Shown here piece after piece: positions 33,081-43,700 of a DNA stretch of 64,000 bases. The notes under the pieces were generated by a model that ran no database searches, was not told the origin of the DNA, and was given only the letters and a program-made list of their open reading frames with translations. The translations under genes and the position numbers were made by a program. Position 1 is the stretch's first letter, and each line of letters begins with the position of its first letter. Source of the stretch: Leptolyngbyaceae cyanobacterium (lineage in GTDB: Bacteria; Cyanobacteriota; Cyanobacteriia; Phormidesmidales; Phormidesmidaceae); the NCBI GenBank assembly GCA_965263355.1, contig CBDHHL010000032.1, forward strand, positions 2,304,001 to 2,368,000, in the 5' to 3' direction.

Positions 33081-34241
33081 ATGACACGAATTGCTATCGT
33101 TGGTTGCGGCATTATTGGCGCAATGCTGGCTTACGAACTGAGCAGCCATAGCCACTTAGACATTCACGTCATCGATCAAGGGAATCCTGCCCAAGGCTCT
33201 ACCCAAGCAGCCTTGGGCGTTTTGATGGGTATCATTAGCCATAAAGTCAAAGGTCGTAACTGGCGTTTACGCCGGGATAGTATTGAACGCTACAAAACCT
33301 TACTCCCTGAACTAGAAGAGACCCTAGGGAAAACAATTCCCCATATTCAAGGGTTACTCAGTCTGTGTTTTGATCCCGAACAACTGTCTCACTGGCAGTC
33401 CTTACAAGAAAAGCGAGCCAGCCAGGGATATCCTTTAGAAATTTGGACCCCTGACCAGCTGCGACAGCACTGCCCGCAGATCAATGCCCATACGGTGGCG
33501 GCAGCGATTTACTCTCCCCAAGATGGTCAGGTACATCCTCAAGAATTAGCCCTGGCCCTGGTAGAGGCCGCCCAACGGCGGGGGGTGACAACCCACTGGC
33601 AAAGTCCGGTTTTGGGTCTAAACACTCGGTCCGGCTATTGTTCACAGCTACAGCTGCCTGACGAAACCCTGGATGTGGATTATGTAGTGCTATCAGCCGG
33701 ACTGGACTCGGCTGACTTGAGTCAAATTGGCACTGAGCCTTTGCCTATGATTCCGGTACTGGGGCAGGCCATGGAAATTGAGTTAGACCACCCCCTGGGA
33801 CATGACGACTTTCAGCCAGTACTTACTGGCCATGATGTACATATTGTGCCGTTGGGGCAGGCACGTTATTGGGTCGGTGCAACGGTAGAGTTTCCCCCTG
33901 GGGGCGAAGCGGTAGAACTGCCGCTAGAAGACGACCTTGAGTTGGTCCCCGATGTAGAACGTTTGGAACAGATGCGGCAAATAGCCACAGACTATTGCCC
34001 AGCTTTGCTCAAGGGCCGGATTGTACGCCATTGGATTGGGCTACGACCTCGTCCGCAGGGGCAGGGTGCCCCAGTCATTAAACCCTTGGCGGGATTTGAG
34101 AATGTGATCTTAGCCACAGGCCATTATCGCAATGGGGTATTGCTGGCACCGGGAACAGCGATAACCGTGGCAGAGCTACTGGGTTTAACCGCAAAAAATG
34201 AAGATAACGACTCAGAAAACAATAACCCAGAAGTCCAATAG
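33081..34241 (+). CDS. FAD-dependent oxidoreductase (DAO / glycine oxidase family)
   Basis: GCGIIG, GLRPRP, ATGHYRNGVLLAP. Confidence 0.88.
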   Translation: MTRIAIVGCGIIGAMLAYELSSHSHLDIHVIDQGNPAQGSTQAALGVLMGIISHKVKGRNWRLRRDSIERYKTLLPELEETLGKTIPHIQGLLSLCFDPEQLSHWQSLQEKRASQGYPLEIWTPDQLRQHCPQINAHTVAAAIYSPQDGQVHPQELALALVEAAQRRGVTTHWQSPVLGLNTRSGYCSQLQLPDETLDVDYVVLSAGLDSADLSQIGTEPLPMIPVLGQAMEIELDHPLGHDDFQPVLTGHDVHIVPLGQARYWVGATVEFPPGGEAVELPLEDDLELVPDVERLEQMRQIATDYCPALLKGRIVRHWIGLRPRPQGQGAPVIKPLAGFENVILATGHYRNGVLLAPGTAITVAELLGLTAKNEDNDSENNNPEVQ

Positions 34242-34426
34242 GAAATCTGAAAAGGGCAAATGCTGAAACCTTGAGTTCCTGAGTTCCTAGCTAGCTGTAA
34301 GACGGTTTGTCCATAGACGCTGTGCTACAGGTGCATGGACGAAATCAACCATCCTACGCAATTTAGTCTGGAAAAATAGCGGCATAATTTGAAGAGATCC
34401 CAGTGATTGGCTGCTAGGTGCTTCCC

Positions 34427-34788
34427 ATGACTGACGTTTTTATCTCTTACTCCCGCAAAGATAAAGCTTTTGTACAGGTACTACATCAAGCACTGACTCA
34501 GAGTAAATATGATGCCTGGGTGGATTGGCAGGATATACCCCTCACTGCTGACTGGTGGGAAGAAATTAAGTCAGGCATTGAAGCGGCGGATACCTTCGTG
34601 TGTGTAATTAGCCCAGACTCGATGGCAATACCCTAATCGCACTGGGGCAAAACGGAGTAGTCAGACAACTACCAATTAAAATTGAATCCTTAAATGATCT
34701 GCTACAGCGGGGATGCAACTGGCTGCAAGATTATTTAGCTCACAGCAATCTTGCTACGGATAAACAACGGTTGCTGTGTGAGCAATAA
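34427..34788 (+). pseudogene. Internally deleted TIR...WD40 gene
   Basis: TIR start 'DVFISYSRKD...W.EEI..GIE.AD.FV.VISPDS' abuts, in another frame from 34621, 'DGNTLIALGQNGVV...LNDLLQRGCNWLQDYL', the typical C-tail of cyanobacterial WD40 proteins. Confidence 0.8.
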
Positions 34789-34851
34789 GGGATCAAGTCA
34801 GAAATAGGCATAATTTCTGACAGATTTGTCCACCTATTTACTAAAACTCCC

Positions 34852-35565
34852 ATGGTCGTTAAGTTAGACAACGTAGTCCCCTTTGGTCGATCATTTGACG
34901 AATATGTCAAAATGTTTAACCTGACAGAGAAAGATTTTCAACAGCCGATTCTCAGTGTTGCCGATGGTCCGGCTAGCTTTAACGCAGAAGGAACCAAGCT
35001 AGGGTATCGCATTATGTCTGTTGATCCGCTTTATTGTTTTAGTGCCGCGCAGATCAAGCAACGGTTTGATGCCGTTGTTGACAACATTATTTACCAGGTA
35101 GAAGCCTCGCTAGACGATTGGGTTTGGAGCTATCATCGCTCGCCTGAAAACCTGCGAAAAAACCGGGAGAACGCTATCCAGTTATTCTGCCAGGACTTTG
35201 AAAAGGGCAAATTTGAAGGCCGTTATCAGATAGGAGAATTACCTCAGCTACGCTATTCAGACCTGGCCTACAATCTAGGTTTATGTTCTCATTTTTTGTT
35301 TCTGTATTCTGAGCAATTTGACCAGACATTTCATCTGGATGCCATCGGTGAAATGCTGCGAGTCTGTCAGGAAATACGTATTTTCCCATTGCTTAATCTG
35401 GACCTAAAACCGTCACCCCATCTAGAGTTTGTGATTACTACCCTGACAGCGAGGGGATATCACTGCGAGATTCAAACCGTTGCCTATGAATTTCAACGCC
35501 GTGGCAACAGGATGTTAACAATTACCCACAGGCCCAATAACACTTTCTCAACAAGAGTAGCATAG
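34852..35565 (+). CDS. SAM-dependent methyltransferase-like protein
   Basis: 'GRSFDEYVKMF', 'DGPASF', 'LCSHFLFLY', 'EIRIFPL' family pattern. Confidence 0.75.
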   Translation: MVVKLDNVVPFGRSFDEYVKMFNLTEKDFQQPILSVADGPASFNAEGTKLGYRIMSVDPLYCFSAAQIKQRFDAVVDNIIYQVEASLDDWVWSYHRSPENLRKNRENAIQLFCQDFEKGKFEGRYQIGELPQLRYSDLAYNLGLCSHFLFLYSEQFDQTFHLDAIGEMLRVCQEIRIFPLLNLDLKPSPHLEFVITTLTARGYHCEIQTVAYEFQRRGNRMLTITHRPNNTFSTRVA

Positions 35566-35585
35566 GTAGAGTGTACGCAAATAAT

Positions 35586-36698
35586 ATGATCAGAAGACGA
35601 CAATTCCTTCAAAGTACGGTGCTGTTTGTTGGAGGGATAGTTATGGGATGTACCCCTGCTAAGACCGGGGGTAATCAATGGTATATGCCCGATGAATCGA
35701 TGCCCCATGAACGTACCTGGATGGCCTTTGGAGCTAGTGAACGGATTTGGGGACGACGGCTATTGCCGGAGGTCAGGCGTAATTTGGTTACCATTGCCCA
35801 AACCATTGCCCAGTATGAGCCAGTATCAATGCTAGTCAGAGCGGAGGAATATGATCTGGCCAAAGATTTACTGGGATCGTCCGTTGAGTTAATTGTTTCG
35901 CCATTGGATGATCTGTGGATACGGGATACGGGACCGTTATTTGTTTTTTCTAAGGAGGGACAAAAAGCTGGTATCGACTTTAATTTTAACGGCTGGGGTA
36001 GGAAGCAAGCCTTTCAGCAGGATGCAGCGGTGGCTAGTTTTGTAACCCAACAGGTGGGTGTTGAGGTCATTCACACTGACCTGGTGTTGGAGGGGGGGTG
36101 CATTGAGCTGGATGGTCATGGGACAGCCATCATCACCGAAAGCTGTGTGCTCAATGACAATCGCAACCCAGGTATGACCAAAGCCCAGTTTGAAGACCAG
36201 CTGATGCCGCTTCTCGGTCTGGAGAAGATTATCTGGTTACCGGGGATTAAAGGACAAGATATTACAGATGGTCATACTGATTTTTATGCTCGTTTTGCCA
36301 GACCAGATGTAGTGCTTGCCAGCTATGAGCCCGATCCACGTTTTGCTGACCATGAGATTACTAAACAGCATCTGGAAATTTTAGCGAGGGCCACAGATGC
36401 TCAGGATAACCCCCTCGATGTCATTGTGCTTGAAGCACCCAGTACCATTCGAGAGACCTACGAGACGTCAGACTTTGCCGCTGGTTATATTGGGTTCTAT
36501 GTCTGTAATGGTGCTGTGATTATGCAAGAATTTGGCGATGACCAAGCCGATAAAGCAGCTCAGCAAACATTACAGCAGGCCTTTCCAGACCGTGAAATCG
36601 TTGCCATTAATATTGACGGTATTGCCGCTGGCGGTGGCAGCATCCACTGTGCGACGCAGCAGGAGCCAGCAATGGATATAACGGTTCTAAACATATAA
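35586..36698 (+). CDS. Agmatine / peptidylarginine deiminase family protein with twin-arginine signal
   Basis: MPDE..H, W.RD.GP, LEGG..E.DG.GT, TDGHTD, GGG.IHCATQQ; N-term RRRQFL...GC. Confidence 0.88.
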   Translation: MIRRRQFLQSTVLFVGGIVMGCTPAKTGGNQWYMPDESMPHERTWMAFGASERIWGRRLLPEVRRNLVTIAQTIAQYEPVSMLVRAEEYDLAKDLLGSSVELIVSPLDDLWIRDTGPLFVFSKEGQKAGIDFNFNGWGRKQAFQQDAAVASFVTQQVGVEVIHTDLVLEGGCIELDGHGTAIITESCVLNDNRNPGMTKAQFEDQLMPLLGLEKIIWLPGIKGQDITDGHTDFYARFARPDVVLASYEPDPRFADHEITKQHLEILARATDAQDNPLDVIVLEAPSTIRETYETSDFAAGYIGFYVCNGAVIMQEFGDDQADKAAQQTLQQAFPDREIVAINIDGIAAGGGSIHCATQQEPAMDITVLNI

Positions 36699-36700
36699 GG

Positions 36701-36801
36701 GAATTCCGAACTCCGAATTCCGAATTTCGTAGGGCTTTGCCCTTCTCGCAGAATACTCTAGATCCCTGGAGAAATCGTCCCGCTTTATCTTGGTACCCTA
36801 G
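36701..36801 (-). repeat. Small dispersed / MITE-like repeat, copy 2
   Basis: Reverse complement aligns with 2925-3030 (ataaagcgggacgattt(c/t)ccagggat.tagag...gcgagaa...ttcggaattcggagttcgga). Confidence 0.75.
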
Positions 36802-36928
36802 CCTGGTTATAACAGTGAGTTGGAAATAGGTGCATTCAATGCCTTTTGGAACCGCTACAGAATGTGGATGCTTATGCTACGCTTACGGCATCGTTATAGG
36901 CTGAAAATACAGTTCTGGTTCTGAATTC

Positions 36929-37435
36929 ATGACTATGCGTAACGTTACAGCTGCCATCGGTTTATTAGGATTAATCCTGCTTGCAGGCACTGCTTATTTT
37001 TCTCGCCAGCAGGCTATTGCCCAGGCGACAGCCCCCACAGGATTAATTGTGAAGGCCAGTCCCTACAGTGTTGAGGAGACAGAAGCCAGGTTTAAGCAGA
37101 TTCTAGACGCTAAAGGTTTAAACGTATTTGCCACCGTTGACCATGAGAAAAATGCAGCGGGGGCAGGTCTGGAGCTACGCCCCACCCGCGTGGTTATTTT
37201 TGGTAATCCTAAGGTGGGTACTCCCTTGATGCAGTGTCAGCAAACGATTGCCATTGACTTACCACAAAAGGTCCTGATCTGGGAGGATGAGCAAGGTCAG
37301 GTACAGCTGGCTTACAATGACCCGCAATATTTAGGGGGACGTCATCGGTTAGATGGCTGTGGTGTAGAGGCTTTGAAGACAATTTCAGGTGCGTTGGATA
37401 ATTTAACGAATGGTGCATTGGCGAAGTCTCTTTGA
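36929..37435 (+). CDS. DUF302 domain protein with signal peptide
   Basis: 'FATVDH...A...GL.L.PT.V.IFGNPK.GT.LMQ.....IDLP.K.L.WED'. Confidence 0.85.
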   Translation: MTMRNVTAAIGLLGLILLAGTAYFSRQQAIAQATAPTGLIVKASPYSVEETEARFKQILDAKGLNVFATVDHEKNAAGAGLELRPTRVVIFGNPKVGTPLMQCQQTIAIDLPQKVLIWEDEQGQVQLAYNDPQYLGGRHRLDGCGVEALKTISGALDNLTNGALAKSL

Positions 37436-37740
37436 AGAGAATCGCATCGTAAGGACTGTATAACTACCAATACTGGGAACTATAGATTATTAGACAGACC
37501 CTTTATTGTCTAAACCTCTATATCTAACCAAAGCCCTTTGTGCCCCTTAGTGTCCATAGAGGGCTTTTTATTATCTATCGCAGAGAAGACTTTCCCAAAA
37601 TTGGGTGTTAGTAAATCTGGGAAAGATCGTTACATTTTTTATTTTTCTTTTCTCGCAAGTATTTAGAGTAGCCTAAGCGCCGCTACAATTCTACAAACAA
37701 GCACCTATGCTGACACCATAGAGACATTTTGGGACATTCT

Positions 37741-38781
37741 ATGGTTAAGCCAAACGCCCATAATACAACGAAGGAAGCAAGTACTCATCCTTCAAAAAAG
37801 ACCCCTAATAAACCTAAAGCTACCCAGAAGCAAACTGTCAAAGCTGCCAAGCGCAGGGCCACTAAAAAGATGGCTGACAAAACGCCAGTAAATCAGATCG
37901 CAACGATTCCTATGGCTAAACCAGAAAAGGCGACAAAAAAGAAACTTGCCAAACGTGACGAATCTAAGAACAAACTTGTTCAGCAAAAGGAGCTAAAAGC
38001 CAATAAAAAGCTGAGTAAGCCTATTTACGAAGCTGAACTGGAGCGTTTGCAGCTTGAACTGGTGAAAATGCAAGAGTGGGTAAAGCATGCGGGTCTCAAA
38101 GTTGTTGTTATCTTTGAAGGTCGAGATGCGGCGGGTAAGGGGGGCGTGATTAAGCGCATTGCTGAATGCCTCAACCCTCGTGGTTGTAGGATTGTGGCGT
38201 TGGGCAAACCAACGGATCGAGAACGAACCCAATGGTATTTTCAGCGCTATGTGAGTCAGCTACCGGCAGCGGGGGAAATTGTTCTTTTTGATCGTAGTTG
38301 GTATAACCGAGCAGGGGTGGAGCGGGTGATGGGCTTTTGTACCCACAATGAATACACCGAATTTATGCGCACCTGTCCTGAATTTGAACATATGCTGCAG
38401 CGCTCAGGCATTATCTTGGTTAAATATTGGTTTTCTGTTAGTGACAAGGAACAGGAACGCCGATTCCAAGATCGAATTGACGATCCCACCAAACGCTGGA
38501 AGCTCAGCTCAATGGACCTGGAGGCCCGTGCGCGCTGGGTTGAGTATTCTAAGGCCAAGGATGACATGTTTGCCATGACTGACACCAGTAATTCACCCTG
38601 GTATGTGGTGGATGCCGATGATAAAAAACGGGCTAGACTTAACTGCATCAGTCATTTGCTTAGCCTGATTCCCTACGAGGAACTACCCTACGAACCGATT
38701 GTGTTACCGAAGCGTCAGCGGGCTATGGATTATGAGCGTCCGCCAAAGGAGACTCAACGGATGGTGCCTGTCCAGTTTTGA
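37741..38781 (+). CDS. ppk2: Polyphosphate kinase 2
   Basis: FEGRDAAGKGG, FDRSWYNRAGVERVMGF; Lys-rich N-terminal extension. Confidence 0.95.
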   Translation: MVKPNAHNTTKEASTHPSKKTPNKPKATQKQTVKAAKRRATKKMADKTPVNQIATIPMAKPEKATKKKLAKRDESKNKLVQQKELKANKKLSKPIYEAELERLQLELVKMQEWVKHAGLKVVVIFEGRDAAGKGGVIKRIAECLNPRGCRIVALGKPTDRERTQWYFQRYVSQLPAAGEIVLFDRSWYNRAGVERVMGFCTHNEYTEFMRTCPEFEHMLQRSGIILVKYWFSVSDKEQERRFQDRIDDPTKRWKLSSMDLEARARWVEYSKAKDDMFAMTDTSNSPWYVVDADDKKRARLNCISHLLSLIPYEELPYEPIVLPKRQRAMDYERPPKETQRMVPVQF

Positions 38782-38786
38782 TCGGC

Positions 38787-38830
38787 AACAATTCTTAGGG
38801 GCGTTGCATGCAATGCCTCTAAGAATTGTT
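38787..38830. terminator. Near-perfect 44-bp palindrome between convergent ppk2 and glycosyltransferase genes
   Basis: aacaattcttaggggcgttgca / tgcaatgcctctaagaattgtt. Confidence 0.7.
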
Positions 38831-38885
38831 TAATAGCGATCGCACAATCCCATAGGATATTGAGAGCAACCGCAAGGGTGTGCCC

Positions 38886-40529
38886 CTACTGGGGTCTGTA
38901 TAACACCAGCCAGCGACCGGCCCATTCCATTTTGGGATAATTAATTTTCACCCAGTTCCAACGGGCAGGCAACTTACCCGGAATTATCAACACCGATGGA
39001 TCGCTCATCAGTCGTCGCAAGAGTCGATTATCACTAGGGTTACCCAGATGAATCCACCGGCCCTTTAAATCATGGACAGTCGAGTCAGAGATAGCTGACA
39101 AGTTGGTTTCACTCACCAAACCATCATTGATAGTAATGGTGTCTTTATTGAGGCCAAAAGCTAACGAGGGTAGGGTTTCGTTATAAACTAGCACCGGCAA
39201 CTTCTCTAGCTGTCGTTGGTAAATCACCTGAGAGACAATATCGGTACTCTCTTTCCAGGGACCGTTAGCTTGCACATAATAGCCACCATATAACAACAAA
39301 AGCAGCGACGGTACCAACACCATGGCCACCAGTCGGACTCTCGGGTTAACCTGGACAAAACGGTATAACCAAATTATCGTTCCCAGGGCTATTAGGGCCG
39401 GAATCGCCATGGGCCAGGTGACCGTTGAAGCCTGACCCAACAACTGATAGCCCATGGGAATCATTACTGCAAGAACAGCCAAGGTGCCATAGATTTGGGC
39501 GAACCAACGACTGTATTGCCATAACTGTTGTTGAGAGAGGGTGTGCAACAAATAGGCCACCAAAATGGCAAATCCGGCCAGAATGGGTAAGAGTCCGGCC
39601 AGGGATAGGCTGCCGGTGACACTATAAAATAACAACGGCAACGCTAGCCATAAAATGGATACTTGGCCTACGGTGGGATTTTGCCAGATGGGGCCGGTCA
39701 GATTGGGAACAACAACTACCCACCAGGGTAAACTCCCTAAAACAAACCCCAGGCTATACTGCCAGCGGGGATGCAACGGCGGTCCCCAAAAGGTATCTCG
39801 CCAGAAGAGTTTACGGGTATAGACCCAAAAGTCGGATATATGGCTATGGGCATGGATAAACCAAACACTGATTAGGGCGATACAGAGGAGGATGGCTGCG
39901 ATCGCATGTCGCCAATGCACCCAATAGTTAGTCGGCCCAAACAGTAGCACATAGGCCCCCACCGTCAGCGGCAACAGCAAACTGCCCACCCCACTACACA
40001 GCGCCCCCAGGGCCAACATTACCGCCAGACCGTATAGACCCACCGGGCGTTTATCCAGGTGGTAAAACAAAGTGCAGTAAATCGCCCCCAGCTCAAAGGT
40101 AGCCAAAAAGATATCGGCAGACAAATAGCGACTACAGGCCAGCACCAGAGGGCAAGATAAATAGACCAATCCGGCCAGTAGACCCATGCGAGGCATACCA
40201 AACAGCCGCATGGAAATGCGATAGGTAAACACCACCTGGACCACCAGACAGAGTTGCACAAAAAAGCGCGCTCCAAAGGGGGTAATGCCCCACAGCTTCA
40301 TCCCCAGACTGGTAAACCACAGGGGCACCGGCAAATAGCTAAAGTCATCCACCCCCAGCAAGCGTGGATGCATAAAATTCCCACTGGCCAGCATCTCCCG
40401 ACTGATATCGGCAATGGCCCCTTCGGTGCCGGTGGTTACCACCCATAGATGTACATTTAGCAGCAGCACAGTCAGTACCACTGCCATCAGTAAATAGACA
40501 AATCGGTCAAGCCGAACGGGCTTGGTCAT
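38886..40529 (-). CDS. ArnT-like membrane glycosyltransferase (GT83/GT39, PMT_2)
   Basis: 'EG..A.ISREM..SG....P.L.G', 'P..W......K.WG....GARF', multiple TM helices. Confidence 0.8.
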   Translation of the reverse strand: MTKPVRLDRFVYLLMAVVLTVLLLNVHLWVVTTGTEGAIADISREMLASGNFMHPRLLGVDDFSYLPVPLWFTSLGMKLWGITPFGARFFVQLCLVVQVVFTYRISMRLFGMPRMGLLAGLVYLSCPLVLACSRYLSADIFLATFELGAIYCTLFYHLDKRPVGLYGLAVMLALGALCSGVGSLLLPLTVGAYVLLFGPTNYWVHWRHAIAAILLCIALISVWFIHAHSHISDFWVYTRKLFWRDTFWGPPLHPRWQYSLGFVLGSLPWWVVVVPNLTGPIWQNPTVGQVSILWLALPLLFYSVTGSLSLAGLLPILAGFAILVAYLLHTLSQQQLWQYSRWFAQIYGTLAVLAVMIPMGYQLLGQASTVTWPMAIPALIALGTIIWLYRFVQVNPRVRLVAMVLVPSLLLLLYGGYYVQANGPWKESTDIVSQVIYQRQLEKLPVLVYNETLPSLAFGLNKDTITINDGLVSETNLSAISDSTVHDLKGRWIHLGNPSDNRLLRRLMSDPSVLIIPGKLPARWNWVKINYPKMEWAGRWLVLYRPQ

Positions 40530-40732
40530 GGGCAGGTTAGAGCAGGGCAAAGCTTAAATAGTACAACATGCCAGTTAAGGCCCTGAAAGCGCTATTCGGC
40601 GTATTAGCGGCGCAATCTTAATAAAATCTAGAAATTTTTTAGTAAAGTCTGACTTCGAAACTTCAGTCAGCATAATGACAAAGAGGGTTTATACCTTCTT
40701 TTGTGTCCACTATTTCTGCCCTAAGACAGCCA

Positions 40733-43700
40733 ATGCCCATTCCAGAGTTCATCATTGAAAAAGTCGTTGATGCTGTTCTAGAAGGCTCAGGCCTCAAGGA
40801 AAAAATAGGACGCAATGAACGTATTATCCGGCTGCTACAACACTTTGGTCTGGACGACATCCAGTCATTAACAAAATTTGAGGATGTCTATGCCTACGCC
40901 ATAGTGCAATATGCCTTTGACGAAATAGGGCAGTGCAAGCCCAGACCGCTGATCGAATTTTTTAAGCTCAAAGAAGTTCGCGACGTTTTTCAAAGTGCCT
41001 ACAGTCAAAATGATCCGGAAGTGTGGTTAAAAAAAGGAGAAGAGATTGCCCAATTTAAGCTGGGTAATAAGCTGCCAGCCTTGGACCCCAAGCGAGAACT
41101 GGCTACATTTGCTGGGGTATTTGTGGAACTGGTTAAAGAGACTCGCTCCGTTAAGGAAATTCGAGCAGAACAGAAGCAGCAAGCACGGTTTGAAAAATTA
41201 CAACGGCAGCTGCAAACAATTCAAACCCAGATGCAGCAGTTACCAAGCCTGGAGGCCATTAATCAAAAGGTCAATCAGATTGCAGGCAATGAAACCCTAT
41301 TGTTACCACCAGCGGCGCAGACCAGTAATGCCGCTAGTCTGGCCCGTGAGCTAGGGGACTGGTTTGATGTATTAGAGTATGACCGAGATCCAGATTACGA
41401 AGTCTGGAATACGAATTATTTTGAATGGATTATCAACTTTCCTCTGAGCCGTCGAAAGGTGTCTCGCACATTGGTGCGGGGTATGGCAGGGGAAGTGGGA
41501 ATGGATGATCTAAAGGGATTTCAAAAACAAATTGAAGCAACCGGCGCAAATGAAGGTTGGATCGTGAGCCATCGACGGGTGAGTAAAGCAGCCCGCACCG
41601 CCGTAAATCAAGAGGAAATCTATGGAGATATTAGCTGCTACACCTTTGACGAACTCCTAGACGAAGATGCCGACTTTAGTAAATATTTAGAATGGCTGGA
41701 AGCAGATATTAAAAAGAGAACTGTAGATACAGACTACATCCCACTAGCCTGTCGCAAGGATGAACTTGACCCAGTTAACCAACAGAAAATTGGCGAGAGT
41801 GTCTATAGCGAAGACGATGGTTGGATCGATGGCTATGTAGACCAGTGGTTAGACGACCCGGCCAAAGAGCATCTGTCGATTTTAGGCGAGTTTGGTACCG
41901 GTAAAACCTGGTTTGCGCTGCACTATGCCTGGGTAGCGCTACAGCGATATCAGGATGCAAAAAAACGGGGGGTGGATCGACCACGGGTGCCTATTGTGGT
42001 ACCGCTGCGGGACTATGCTAAAGCGGTAACGGTAGAATCTCTCTTTTCAGAGTTCTTTTTTCGTAAGCATGAAATTCTGAAAAACTATTCTGTCTTTGAG
42101 CAGCTTAACCGCATGGGGAAACTGTTGCTAATCTTTGATGGCTTTGATGAGATGGCTGCCAAAGTTGACCTGCAGGCCATGGTGGATAACTTTTGGGAAT
42201 TAGCTAAAGTAGTAGTACCAGGGGCAAAGGCAATTTTGACCTGCCGCACGGAACATTTCCCTGATGCCATTAAGGGACGGCAGTTATTAAATGCAGAGCT
42301 GTTAGCCTCCACCGCTAGTCGGGCGGGGGAACCCCCTCAGTTTGAGGTGTTAGAGCTAGAAAAGTTTAGTGATCAACAGATTGCCCAACTTTTAGAACGT
42401 CAAGCCCAAGAGGCAACGGTTGAAAAAGTGCTTGGCAATCCGCAATTGCTGGATCTGGCGCGGCGTCCGGTGATGGTGGAGTTAATTTTAGAAGCGTTGC
42501 CGGATATTGAAGCGGGTAAACCCATTGATATGTCGCGGGTATATCTCTATGCGGTAACCCACAAGATGGAGAAGGATATTACCAGCAAGCGCACCTTTAC
42601 CTCGTTGGCAGACAAGCTATATTTCCTCTGTGAGCTGTCCTGGGAAATGTTATCTACGGACCAGATGAGCCTTAACTATCGGGCCTTTCCAGAACGATTG
42701 GAACAGATGTTTGGTGACCGGGTGCAGGAAGAGCGAGAGCTAGACCACTGGCGCTATGACATGATGGGGCAAACCATGCTGATTCGCAATTCAGAAGGGG
42801 ACTATAGCCCAGCTCATCGGTCGCTGTTGGAGTTTTTTGTCGCCTACAAGATTGTTGCTTCTTTGGGGGTGTTGGCAGAAGACTTTACAGCGGTGGCGCG
42901 ACAGCAGTCTAATCTGCGTACAGAGTCTCCCCAGGTTTATGGCTGGGACGCTTACTTTAAACGCAGATGCGATGGCGAGGGCCACCCTGAGGCGATCGCG
43001 CCCCTGGCTAAGTTTGCCAGCTTATCAATGGATCAATTGTTGCCGCTGTTGAGTCAGGCAAAGCTGGCTAAGGCGGTGTTAGATTTGGCCCATCCCATGG
43101 TGGATGATGGCATTATGCGGGAGAGGCTATTACCGCTGCTGTGGGCCACTCGGGAGAAGTCTCTTAAAGAGATTGGTTATTTGGGGGGCAATGTGACCCA
43201 GCTGATGTTGGCGAAAACGCCTCATGGGCTTTCAAATAGTGATTTGAGTCGGGTAAAACTGCGGGGGGTGGACTTTGTTAAAACCTATCTCCATCGGATT
43301 AATTTTCAAGGGGCGCACCTGACAGAAGCTATCTTTTCTAAGGTGCTGGGTAACGTCAACTCGGTGGCCTTTAGCCCCGATGGCAAGCGACTGGCCATTG
43401 GTGATGGCAAAGGCTCTGTGCAGGTTTGGGATGTGGCCACCGGTCAGGTGGTGCTGATGTGTACCGGTCACTCAGGAGGGGTTAGGTCTGTGGCCTTTAG
43501 CCCGGATGGCGAGCGGTTGGCCTCGGGCAGTGATGACAAGACGGTGAAGCTGTGGTCGAGTGAGCGTGGCGAGTGTGTGGCCACCCTGGCGGGGCATGAA
43601 GATACGGTTAGGTCGGTGGCCTTTAGCCCGGATGGCGAGCGGTTGGCCTCGGGCAGTGATGACAAGACGGTGAAGCTGTGGTCGAGTGAGCGTGGCGAGT

